Program-made: the position numbers and the translations under genes
Shown here: positions 25,900 through 37,713 of the stretch, piece by piece
How positions within the stretch are numbered: position 1 is the stretch's first letter
Layout of the letters: the number at the start of each line of letters is the position of its first letter
Assembly (NCBI GenBank): GCA_008632985.1
Contig: QPGO01000022.1
Location: 62,001-126,000 of the forward strand
Direction of reading: 5' to 3'
Length of the DNA stretch: 64,000 bases
DNA from: Psammoneis japonica
Lineage: Eukaryota
The notes under the pieces: generated by a model
What the model was told of the DNA's origin: nothing
Database searches by the model: none
Seen by the model: only the letters and a program-made list of their open reading frames with translations

Positions 25900-26289
25900 G
25901 ACGCGTTCCAGGTCCAGGTGGGACCTCGTGCCACTGAACTGTGACACCGACAGTTTTTTGAATCACGTCGCATGTCGCGCACGCAGATTTCTGCGTGATT
26001 TTTTTGACATTTTGTGTCATTTTACGGTGCACTTGTTGAGCGATCCGTCCAACAACTTTTGACATTTTTTGTTGCAGCGCGATTCTACAATGTCTTAAGA
26101 ATCGCGCAGGGCAGGTGCGTTTGCAAAAACGTCGAGTGGCAAGAGGCACAATTGCACCACAAACTTGGCCGTTTGTTTGATGTTGAAGACAAATGTGTCC
26201 ATTGATGAAATTCTCGTACTGCGGAGCTCGCACGTGGAATTCTACGGGCCCAATGTCACACGGAGTCCCACCTGGGGCTGGAGCGCGTC
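25900..26289 (-). mobile_element. MITE family A, copy 4 (inverted)
   Basis: Reverse complement of copies 1-3; perfect TSD AACA. Confidence 0.85.
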
Positions 26290-29200
26290 AACAGCAGATT
26301 GAGAAAATAAATGCCATTGAACAAATCACACCGAAATCATGCAGGCATCATTTTTGCATGCACCCATTGATTGTTGCAGCAAACTCAACAAGATGGTGGG
26401 AAAAATGAAGCAGTGCAAGGGCACACATCACGACAGAGAATGCCTTGATTTGTTTTTTTTTACATGAATCGGGACACGACAGCAGCAATGCCAACATTGT
26501 GTCAGCACAAACAAAACAACACTCATTTTTTGTTGCCAGAGCCTGTGGTCTGGGGACTCGAAGTCCACTGGCTCGAATGTCTTTCTTGGAACACACCTGC
26601 ACAGCCCTGTCAAAACGTGGATTGACCACACAAAGTCATCCACAAAACACAGTGTTGTGGCTCTGTGCATGTTGCGGTTGTTCAGAAACACAGCACCGGC
26701 GACATGATGTGATGTCATGTCTCATTGTGTTGCAGCGTTGGAAGCGTTGAGCGTTGGTGTGTGTGAGGTGTGATTGTTGTGGTGTCGTGTCCCTCAGTTT
26801 TGAATGTGTCGTCCTTCGGTGTTTGTGTGTCTGTGCATGGTAGTTGTACGCTTGTCATGTCCCTCTGACATTGGGTGTGCTGTCCCTCTGATTCGATGTG
26901 TCACAGAAAATGTCTGTGAATGCACGTGGATGGGACCGCACATGAGTCGTTCGACTAAAATATCTTTTGGCGCGCTCGTCCGCCATCTCAAAATCTTCGT
27001 GCTTTTTGCGCGAGAAAAAAAGACATCGACCAAGAACCAGGAACATCGTTTGCGGCGGCGTTAATATTGAAAATCGAGCAGGAATCTCATCTGGAGAGTC
27101 CTTTCATACCTAACTGGGAGCATATGGCATGGAGATTCCTGCTCGATTATATCCTTGAGATGCTTTTTTTTTTCACATTACTACTTCTCATGCGTTTTCG
27201 TTGTTGCTGCCTCCATCCACCAGAGTCCAGCAAAGGTTTCAAAGGTCTCTCCGACCGAAGTACATGCCAGAGTACTTATGTTCATTGATCGATTCAATAA
27301 AAATGGTGGTATGGATGGATTTACTTTCTTGGGTGGAATCATGTGAGCAGAAACAAACACAGATCCACCTTGAAACAGTTTGCCAGCCCCCACGTGACAA
27401 CCAAATCGACTCGGAATGCAACAATATTCGTCATGCATCGTTGTGAATTCATCTATTTCTTACCATGAGTGGTCCATAGCAATGATAATGGGTGGTTGGA
27501 ATAAATGACAAAGTGTTTCAAGGGCTTGAGATGCCGGAAGCTGTTCGACTGGAGACATTTGATGCATCCGGCTCATCCGCCAAACAAACATAAGAAGCTC
27601 TTCTAGTGATGTTGTGACCGTTAGCATTCCACTATTGATGCGAAACATGCCTAAGCCAGTCTTCTAGGGCTCTCAATCTTGGTTGTCGAAGCCATTGTAT
27701 TGCCTCAGCACTCGTTGCGCGCTTCGATTGCATCAGATTGGGTCTGGGATTGTCGCAGAGCTGAATGCGACCTGCTGCAAGGCCAATTCTACAATTGATG
27801 CTTGAGTATTCTGACAGAAATATTGCTGATGTTAAGAGACTGTGTTTTGGAGTGTATCTGACCTGGACGATGGACGTCTCTGTCCGAGCATGTGCCGTTC
27901 CTGCCACTGCACAAACAATCGAGTCTGATCGACTTTTGCGAGATGACAGTGCACCTTTGATCCGTTTCTTTATACAAAGATCCTTTAAAGTGTCAAAGGC
28001 GCAATGTTGAACTTGAAAATGAGAGGCTCTCTTGGAACAACAGCGGTCGATGTGATGTAACCAGCCCTCGAATGACTCACGCCGCGGACGCGTCAAAAAT
28101 TGAGATTAAAATGCTCCCTTTGGCCTGCAGAACTCTTCTGATTCTTATTCTTTCTACAACAAGAGGCTAGAAGTGTTCAACCTAACAACAAAGAAGTCGA
28201 AAACAATAGATTTTGTGAGTAAAACAAAAGAAAACGTTATAAAGCCTGCCATCGAGTGCTCACCTCACAATGCATGCACCGGCACCCGTGTCATGATCGG
28301 AAGCATCAAAGTGATGCTCTCGTCCAAATTTTGCGATGCTTCTCTTCAAAACAAGTTCAAAGCATCATTAGGTCCAAATACAATAAAGCACGGAAATTCG
28401 GTCGACTGGAACTTCTATCCAGATGCAACTTCAACTTGAACAAGTGGGATCTTGCACGCGTCCTCAGGTTTGCAAGCCGAAAACAAGATGTTTTGAACTG
28501 TTTTCATCCAAAAAAGTTATATGCTACAATTGAGGAAAGAATATATGACAGTACTATAATGTATTGCTGGGAATAAGCTTACGTGTTACCGCCAGAATCG
28601 TAGCGTTTCATCATGGTCGCACACATGAAACTCCTTCGGCTCATCGTCGCGCAATAATTTTGCAGTGGTGACGTCACGGGACTTGTTGTTTTTTTACGAA
28701 TTGTTCTCGTACAAACGTACGTATGACGTCAACATACCAGGCCTGCGGCGGCTCAGCGCTACTGCAGTGCCCCCTGTTTCACGCAGTCGCGCGCGCGCGA
28801 TCCGCGGCCGCGAACCGGAATTCATCCTGGAATATATATCTTAGAGTTTAAAGATTTGAATGAACTTCATTTTCCATAAATCCATGACGTCATAAAGTTC
28901 GTTGGAATCCGAGTGCTTCATCAGCAATCACAAACGATCTTCACTCTCACTCACAAAACCACGACACTCAAATCGCTTTGCCGTTGTCGTTGTTGTTGCT
29001 GCTGATACGAGTGTAAGTGCGACTCTTTGCATCTTCGTCCCGTTTGATGCTTATCATTGATTTTCTTAGTTCTTATCTAATGAAGCCGTTGTTCTTTGTA
29101 CAGTGTACAACTGCAGGGAAATCAGCTTGACGCACACGGTTTTTGAAACACATCAGCTACAAGCACGTCTCCGTCGGCACCGTTTGAGGTAAGAGTCGCT

Positions 29201-29835
29201 TTGTCTCGCAATATTGGATTATGACCAACGATCCTTCTAATGTCTATTGTTTCAATCTTTGCAGTTTGTAGCACTAGAAGATACGGAGTGATATGAAGTT
29301 CACGGTTCCACCAGATACGCCGGCAAAAAAACCGCCTCAGCTCCATCAACATTCAAAAGCAAACCGGGATCTATTTGAGCGAACACATGGAATGATTGCG
29401 GGTTTATCGAGAGAACGTGCAGCAAGCAACCAGTCTGGTGCTACTGCTGCCGCCGAACTGAACAGAACTACGACGGTCAATACGAAGCATTCTTCTTCGC
29501 AAGGAGGTCCGCTTCGAAGCATCCATGACCGTAATCAACGTCCTCCAAGACAACAGCAAGTATTGCCTCGTGGCTCTGTGCCCTCTGCTCCTCGAAAGCA
29601 ACCCGCTGCCAATCCTCAGCAGCAACTGAACGAGATCAAGACGGTGAGGAAGAATCTGCATCCGACGAACAATGGAAATCTACCAATTGCACACGACGGG
29701 CTCGTTCCGTTTTGGAGACGGCGGAAGAATCGGTACCAGCCCTCGAAGTTGCTCACCGGGCACAGGCGCAGAAAAGCTGCCTTGTTGGCTTCGGACAGTG
29801 AAAACAAGAGTAGCATCAGACCGGGTGTGACAGGG

Positions 29836-30260
29836 NNNNNNNNNNNNNNNNNNNNNNNNNNNNNNNNNNNNNNNNNNNNNNNNNNNNNNNNNNNNNNNNN
29901 NNNNNNNNNNNNNNNNNNNNNNNNNNNNNNNNNNNNNNNNNNNNNNNNNNNNNNNNNNNNNNNNNNNNNNNNNNNNNNNNNNNNNNNNNNNNNNNNNNNN
30001 NNNNNNNNNNNNNNNNNNNNNNNNNNNNNNNNNNNNNNNNNNNNNNNNNNNNNNNNNNNNNNNNNNNNNNNNNNNNNNNNNNNNNNNNNNNNNNNNNNNN
30101 NNNNNNNNNNNNNNNNNNNNNNNNNNNNNNNNNNNNNNNNNNNNNNNNNNNNNNNNNNNNNNNNNNNNNNNNNNNNNNNNNNNNNNNNNNNNNNNNNNNN
30201 NNNNNNNNNNNNNNNNNNNNNNNNNNNNNNNNNNNNNNNNNNNNNNNNNNNNNNNNNNNN
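29836..30260. other. Assembly gap (N run)
   Basis: 425 consecutive N. Confidence 1.
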
Positions 30261-30799
30261 GAAGGATGGAGTCTGGCTGTCCGGAAACAAGAGACATGAG
30301 ATCAAGAGAATTATGGACCGTACAACGACCAAACGACAGAAGATCTCTCGTGGCCAAGATGTTGCAGCTGCCACCGTTGTCATGCTAGACGCGAACACAA
30401 CTGAAAAGCCCAGGGAGGCTTCCAATGGATGTCTAGAACCAGCCGAAGTTTTACCGGGCAAACCGAGCGGAGCGCTGTTAGCGAAAGTATCTGCTACAGT
30501 TGGGAGAGAGGGTGACGAAGCTGAAGGACGTGAAGGGGATAACGCCACACTACCACCCTCAAACCGAGACGGATCACCCGCTGAAGAGTGCAACATGCCA
30601 GGCGTCGATTCCTTCTCCGGGCCCGACAGCAATGGCAAAACTCAGCTAGATGTCAACGGATCTGTCAAACCAGGCAACAACGGTGATGCATTTCCAGAAG
30701 ATTGTGGACCTGGTAAGCCAACGAGCGAAGTTTCCGTTGTTGAATCATCAGAGCCCACCACAACCACCCAGCACACCGATGAGCCTACCACCATTGGCG

Positions 30800-32670
30800 C
30801 GATGGAGGCCACGAATGCGAACGATGACTCAAAAACGAAACGGCACTCGGCAGTCCACACCAACAACGAATTGGAGTTTGCTGGGGGGGGTGCAGAGGCC
30901 GCTGCAAACGCGGAAAAGGGTGCGATTGACGGAACGAAAAAGAATGTAAGTCCATTTCGGATCTTGATTTCTTTTCAAGGATGATGTTCTCTCATTAAAT
31001 TCGGTTTTTCTGCCTTTCAGGTTTCGATGAACGATGGGGCGGTCGCTCACGCCAACCTTCGAACCAGGAACAACGACGATATTGCAATCGACGTAGCTGC
31101 ACAGAGGAGTTGCTGGCTGCGACGGTTGTTGGGGTGGTCGCTCTTAACGAGCTGGGAACCGAGAGCACCGACGAATCGCCTTTGTCAGAAGCGAGTGAGG
31201 ACAACAACGAAATCGTAGAAGCAACGACTGGCGACAAGGTCGCTCACGCAAACCCCGGCACCAGGAGCAACTTCGATGGTGGAGCAATCGAGGCCGCACG
31301 GACTGATGAGCTTGTCGTGGCGACCAAGCAGGGCAGAAGCGAACGGGGTCGAGTTTCCTTGGAAGCGCCTTCTGCCAAGCATGGTTCTGGCAAACAAGAC
31401 CGAGCTTCCTTGGTAACACCTCGTGCTGTAACAGGGGATGCCACGGATGATAGAGATGACAAGCACACCACACGTAGAAACGGATTTCACTCTGATACAA
31501 CCCCTACAATCACTGGGGACGATGAGAACGGCGACACGAGAAAGAAACGCCTCCCTGAAGGCGTCGCAACCACCGAAACGGAGAACACAAATGCCGCTGT
31601 GATGGAGGCATCGGATGCGAGCGACGACTCGAAAACGAAACGGTACCGGGCAGTCCACACCAACAACGAATTGGAGTTTGCTGGGGGCGATATAGATGCC
31701 GCTACAAACGTGGGAAAGGATGCGATTGACGGAAAGAAAAAGAATGTAAGTCCATTTCCTGGATCTTGATTTCGTTTCAAGGATGATGTTCTCTCATTAA
31801 ATTCGTGTATTTCTGTCTTTCAGGTTTCGACGAACGATGTGGCGGTCGCTCAGGCCAACCTTCGAACCAGGAACAACGACGATATTGGAATCGACGTCGC
31901 TAGAAAAGAGGAGCTGGTGGCTGCGACGGCTGTTGGGGCGGTCGCTCGTGATGAGCCTGGAGCTGAGAGCACCGACGAATCGGCTTTGTCAGAAGTGAGC
32001 ACCGACGAAAGAGAAATCATCGAAGCAATGGCTGGCAACAAGGTCGCTCACGCAAACCCTGGAAACAGGAGCAACTTCGATGGTGGAGCAATCGACGCCG
32101 CAAGGACTGGTAAGATTGTCGTGGCGACCAAGCAGGGCAGAAGCGAGTGGGGCCGAGTTCCCTTGGAAGCGCCGTCTGCCAAGCAAGGACCTGACAAACA
32201 AGACCGAGCTTCCTTGGTGACACCTCGTGCTGTAACCGAGGATGCCACCGAATGTAGAATTGACAAACACACCGCACGTAGAAGCGGATCTCACTCTCGT
32301 GCAAAACCATTTGTGGAGACAACTGCAATGACTGGGGACGATGCGAAAGGCGACACGAGAAAGAAACGCCCCCCTGAATGCGTCGCAACCACCGAAACGG
32401 AGAGTGCAAATGCCGCCGTGATGGAGGCAACGGATGCGAGCGACGACTCCAAAACGAAACGGTACCCGGCAGTCCACACCCACAACGAATTGGACTTTGC
32501 TGGGGGGTATGTAGAGGCCGCTGCAAACGTGGAAAAGGATGCGATTGACGGAACGAAAAAGAATGTAAGTCCATTCCCGGATCTTGATTTCATTTCAAGG
32601 ATGATGTTCTCTCATTAAACTCGTGTATTTCTGTCTTTCAGGTTTCGATGAACGATGTGGCGGTCGCTTA
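30800..32670 (+). repeat. ~800-820-bp tandem units, each containing the same intron
   Basis: 'GATGGAGGC..GACTC.AAAACGAAACGG..AGAATGTAAGTCCATT..TTTCAGGTTTCGA' recurs three times; intron starts are 800 and 819 bp apart. Confidence 0.9.
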
Positions 32671-33330
32671 CGGTGGTGGAGCAATCGACGCCGCAGATGG
32701 CAAGCCGATGAAAAAGAATCGACCATCTCGAAAAATGAGAAAAAAGCTCAACCGAACAACACCAAGAGTGGAGCCAAGCTTTTGCCGAAGGGAGTGCTCC
32801 GCGACGATGGCGTCTATGTTGGCGTTGGGAGGAAGGCCACATGCGTCCCTGATGCTTGTGCAACAATAGCTAGCGACTTAGTCCCAGAAGAGGAAATGAG
32901 AAAGGAACTAGGCATTGATGTGGGCTTATTTCGAAGAGATATGGTTGCCGATGAGGATGGCTGGGTTTCAATGCCTGACATGATTGCTTTTTTTGAAAGT
33001 AAAGGATTTCAGGTTGATGAGTTGCTTGGTGCCGATCGATCTAGCATGCATCTTTTGCTCAGAAAAACAGAAGGCCATTACATCACCATTGTAAACAAGA
33101 GGACGCTGGTGCGCAATCATTCCATGCCCTCGCCTTTTTGGCCGCAAGAGGTAAACTCGTTGACAACGCTCCGAAGGCTCCCGTCGTCGAGCTTGATGAC
33201 TTGGACCGCAAACTATTGAATAAGAAGACCGGAAACGGTGCCTGGCGAAGAGGGAGAAAGATCTTTTCTTTGTTGATGAAGGGAACTCTCGAAATCGACT
33301 GTCAATTCAGGATCTCAAGAAAGGACACGA

Positions 33331-34405
33331 GAGGCGGTCGTAGATTCAATCGCCAAAGGACTGACGGATTGTTAGACACCATGCTTTTTGTCTAGAACAT
33401 GTGTCCCACTTGACAGGGTCATTGGGGTTGCACTCAATTCCGTGCCCAAGTGATTGTGATGGCGTCTGTAGCGTGAAATGTTGATGCGTGTCATGCTGCC
33501 GTTTACATTGCGATTCCATCACAGGTGCCTCCTCTCGTTTTGTATCAGAAAGCGCAGGGTGGTCAAATATTATCCACGTGCCGCTGGTGATTCTTCCGAC
33601 AAAGAAACACAGGCCTGTCGTGAAAGATCCGTGGTGTGAACACCCGCATTGCTCACGTCGCCACCGTCATCGCCAAAACCTCTAATAAAGTCGCGGTCGT
33701 TGCCATCGCCTCCAAAGTCGGAATCCACAGCGCCCACACCTGCATCGTCATCGAGGCCTGGAAGAGTGTCCGCTTCATGCGTTGGAAAAGATCCTGGGTT
33801 GGCACCGAATGCGATCTCAAGATAGGGCAAGGCCTCATTGGCTGAGGGTCGGCAGGAGTAGGAAGAGGCGGCCGTAGATTCAATCGCTAAATGACTAACG
33901 GATTCGAGATGATTGCTTCCGAGTAGGCGAGAATATGCATGTGTATACCGGTAGCGTCGAGACTATCGACATTATTAGTTACTATGCTTTTTGTCTAGAA
34001 CGTATGTCCCACTTGACATGGTCATTGGGGTTGTATTCAATTCCGTGTCCAAGGGATTATGATGGCGTCTGTAGCGTGAAATGTTGATGCGTGTCTTGCT
34101 AACGTTTCTATTGCGATTCCTCCTCTCGTTTTGTATCAGAAGGCGTAGGGTGGCAAATATTATCTCCGTGCCGCCTGTGGTTCTTCCAACAAAGAAACAC
34201 AGGCCTATCATGAAAGATCTGTGGTATGAGTACCCGCATTGCCCACGTCGCCACCGTCATCGTCAAAACCTCCAAAGTCGCGGTATTTGCCATCGTCTCC
34301 AAAGTCTGAATCCATAGCGCCCATACCTGCACCGTCATTGAGGCCTAGAAGAGTATCCGCTTCGTGCGTTGGAAAAGATGATGGGCTGGCACCGAATACT
34401 AATCG
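33331..34405 (+). repeat. Diverged ~490-bp direct duplication (33331-33816 and 33865-34405)
   Basis: Colinear alignment by eye; copy 2 has a ~70-bp extra segment near its start. Confidence 0.9.
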
Positions 34406-34454
34406 TTTCAACAAAACAACAGAAGAATCTCGTTCCAAACAACACGGCTGGGCA

Positions 34455-34700
34455 ACGTAACGTCGACGGCTTCAAACCCCGAGGGCAAACGATGACAAAT
34501 CACTGTGCTGACATTGCCCGATGCTCCAAAATGAACAACATACGTTTTGCCCGAACAAAAGGATGGTTGCGGTGACGTAACGTCGACGACTTCCGAACCC
34601 GAGGGCAAACGACAACGAATGATAACCATACTGAAATTGCCGGATGCGCCAAAATGAACAACATACGTTTTGCCCAAACAAAAGGATGGTTGCGGTGACA
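34455..34700 (+). repeat. ~120-bp tandem duplication
   Basis: 'ACGTAACGTCGACG..CCCGAGGGCAAACGA..CAAAATGAACAACATACGTTTTGCCC.AACAAAAGGATGGTTGCGGTGAC' occurs twice. Confidence 0.9.
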
Positions 34701-36110
34701 GTGCAAGTGCCACGCCCTCTCGCGCCATGGCTCTGAAATCAAAATTTGCGCAAAAGTACAAGTTCCAGCAAAAAACTAATGCCAGATCCCATCACATACA
34801 CCGGTATAACAAATTGGAAACAGGATGATGAAATTCGTAAAGTCTCAAGTTTTTACCTTCCAGTGTCACAACCATGTCCGTCCTCCACAGAAAAGACGGT
34901 AAAAGGCATGAAAGTGTACGTTATCCCATCCTCCGTATTCACGCTCCATGGGTGCCACGCGAATCGAATTAGCTTCACTGAGCACGGTACAGGACAGAGT
35001 CAGCAGCCCATCCACTTCGCCTTGTTTGGAAACAAACCATAAATCATCGTCTTGCGATGATGTCTTGATAATGGCAGCTTGATGCGTACAGTACATTCGG
35101 ACGTGGTGGTGTGCTCTCGTGCAATGGATGTGGATGACGAAACATTATGGAACGACAACAACCTTTGCGTGCTTGTACCGGTGTGGAATGCTCGACCGCG
35201 TTGTGCTTTGTAATCGGAAGAAAATGACAACAGCCTGCAAAAGCTCGTGATACTCCACAAACTAGACACAAGTCGTCCTCAAGCATACAGTATACAGAGA
35301 GCGTACAGTGAGACTCCTGTGTCCTCTTTTAGTTTGCTCATGTCGTCCTATGACGCTGGATTCGTTGGAACCAAGGCACAATGCTGCGCCACACTTTTCC
35401 TGCAGTTTCGTTTTTTCTCGGTCATTTGATTTGCGTTGAGAACGCACCGGGGGTTAGTTGCGGCGCGTTGCTGGGGATGGCTTCTTGTGCTAAAAGCACG
35501 TCAATCGCTAACATTATAATAAAATCGCATTGTAACGAAATTGTGATACCTCGTCGTCAAATGGAGATTCTCGTCTCACGCAAAAGACCCATGGTAGAAG
35601 ATGTGTCCATGCCATTTACAAAAAATGACCGGGACAAATCTGGAACATGTGCGCTGACGCGCCCCAACGGTTAACGAACACACTACTTGAAGGCCCGAGA
35701 AGGATTCTCTCTACTGGCTATAGTGGAAGAAAATTGAGATGGGCCGCTGCAGGGACTGCGTTGAGGAAGAAAAACAGGCCAGCAGGGACTGCTTGACTGT
35801 GAGGACACATGGTATTCCTTCAGCGATAGCTCAAAGGTTGCACCGCATAGCAGATGATGTGTTGACCGACTATCCTCCATCCTTGCCCAGGGATGATGCA
35901 TCCTCTCATTCAAAGAATTGAATCACGGACTCTTCGGGAGCAGCTGAACAATAGCTCGAGAATGACTTAAGGTTTATAGGATTTTCGTAAGTCTTCATCC
36001 GCCGGCCTCGAGGTTGTCCTGTCGACGCCAAGCAACCATTCGTTGCTACGAGGCATTTCTTGCATGGCACACTGATGCTCACTGCGATACACGGTTTTCT
36101 TGAGAAGCTT

Positions 36111-36328
36111 TCAGCAATTCTGCTTCGCGTTCCTTTGCTGCCGGTGTCGTTCCAAGCCGTTGTGTGCCGTCGATTCTTTTTCCCAGAACTGCATGGGCGA
36201 TGTTTCAATCTTCCCCGTCAAAGCCTCCACGCCATCTGTAGTGACCAAGAGGGTGTGCTCAAATTGTGCCGACCGCTTTCCATCAATGGTGGTGGCCGTC
36301 CATTCGTCTGGCCATGTTAATGCTTTGG
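36111..36328 (-). pseudogene. Orphan 3' exon of methionine aminopeptidase type 1
   Basis: '[33 protein letters not shown]' is the MetAP1 C-terminal signature. It is preceded by CTAAC...ACACAG (intron 3' end). No upstream exons were seen. Confidence 0.85.
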
Positions 36329-36429
36329 CTGTGTCACGGCAGCGCAAACAGTTAGACAGAGCCGACAGCAATCTCATCAAACGCACATTTCATCAACTCT
36401 GCTCACCCGATCCCCTTCACAAATCATGG

Positions 36430-37138
36430 GTTCAATTCTGAAGTGGAAGAATTCAACAACAAGAATCTTCAGAGGCTTGGCAAGCCCATTGCTCTAGTGC
36501 GAGCTAAAAGCACTGGTGACGGCAAGAAAAAGACGTCTGATTCCTTTCGAGGCTTGGAGAATTCGATGTACCTCAGCGTCGGAGCAAGAGCAATGCTTAC
36601 CATGAATGTTGCCCAGTCGGCGGGATTGTGCAATGGAGCAACTGGGACAGCAAAGGACGTTGTGCATGACGAATCAGGCTCGGCTCCATCTCTTCCAAAG
36701 TTTGTGTGGGTTGACTTTGGCAGAGACTACGGTGGAGGATCGTTTTTCCCCGACGATGACAGTCCCCGAGTTTGGGTGCCAATTCACCCTGTGACTGCAG
36801 CCGTGTACACTCGAAAGCGAGATGATACGGGCTATGATGAACATACTCGTACTATGTTGCCCTTGAAGCTTTGCTGGGCGATGACTATTTGGAAAGCTCA
36901 AGGCCAAACCATCAGGTCCCATTTTGTCGTCGATTTGTCCAACCGCGAGAAGGAGCATGGTTTGACCTACACTGCTTTTTCCCGTGCCCAATGCCTTTCA
37001 GATATTGGATTAGTCGATGGTATTACGCAAGATCGACTTTGTAAGAAGGTACGCAAGCACAAGAAAATGGATAAGCGTCTACAGGAGGAGAGGCGTCTAG
37101 AAGCGCTACTACGAACGACCATCCAAGCTTTTCGATAA
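36430..37138 (+). pseudogene. C-terminal half of a PIF1-family (Helitron-like) helicase, 5'-truncated
   Basis: 'LSVGARAMLTMN..GLCNGATG..WVPI..RTMLPLKLCWAMTIWKAQGQT..VVDL..GLTYTAFSRA'. No Walker A upstream. Confidence 0.85.
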
Positions 37139-37531
37139 CCATTCTGTACTGTAGATCAATCCAATCCAGCTATTTTATCCTTCTATCCTACCACATTCCT
37201 TGAAAACAACCAATCACCACCTTTGAGGGCAGGCGAACCCTATCTAACTGAGATTCGGGTCGTAGCACGTCGAGTGGCACCCCCTTCCTTGGAGGTACCA
37301 CTCTCAGTCTCACCGGGGAGCAACCCCTTGGCTCTCGTGGGCCGTCTTGCAGAAAAAAATTACCGAGGCGCCACTGCAGTCAGCTACCTTGGTATAGTTG
37401 CTCGTAATTATTAGAGACGAGAGCAACCTCGTCTGCCCTTTATATCGGGACTTTCCCAAAAGTGGTAGATTGTAGATTTTAAAATGAAGAATACTCCTCA
37501 CCCTTGGACCACTCCATATAATATTCAATTT

Positions 37532-37713
37532 GGTATCCGCTTGAGTCACCCAGTAAGGTGTTGGTATCCACTTGAGCCGCCCAGCAAGGTATTGGCATCC
37601 GCTTGAGCCGCCTCGTATGATGTAGTATCCGCTTGAACCGCCTCGTATGATGTAGTATCCGCTTGAGCCGCCCGCATGACATGGCATCAACTTGAGCCGC
37701 CCCGCATGATGTG
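37532..37713 (+). repeat. Six ~30-bp tandem units (core GTATCCGCTTGAGCCGCC)
   Basis: Directly visible minisatellite downstream of the helicase fragment. Confidence 0.9.

Larger units (their letters stand above)
29293..33395 (+). pseudogene. Long low-complexity repeat protein with putative C-terminal papain-like (Cys-His-Asp) peptidase domain, frameshifted
   Basis: ORF from 29293 across the N gap. Introns 30946-31020, 31746-31823 and 32565-32641. Frameshift near 31100 relative to the next repeat unit. C-terminal 'TCVPDA...HALAFLAARGKLVDN' is split by further frameshifts. Confidence 0.5.

Noticed and set aside
27060..28600. Coding features in the TA-normal stretch 27.1-28.6k
   Set aside because: Only short ORFs with no recognisable motif or consistent exon structure.
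37532..37713. CRISPR-like array
   Set aside because: The units are contiguous ~30-bp repeats without unique spacers, there are no cas genes, and the context is eukaryotic.
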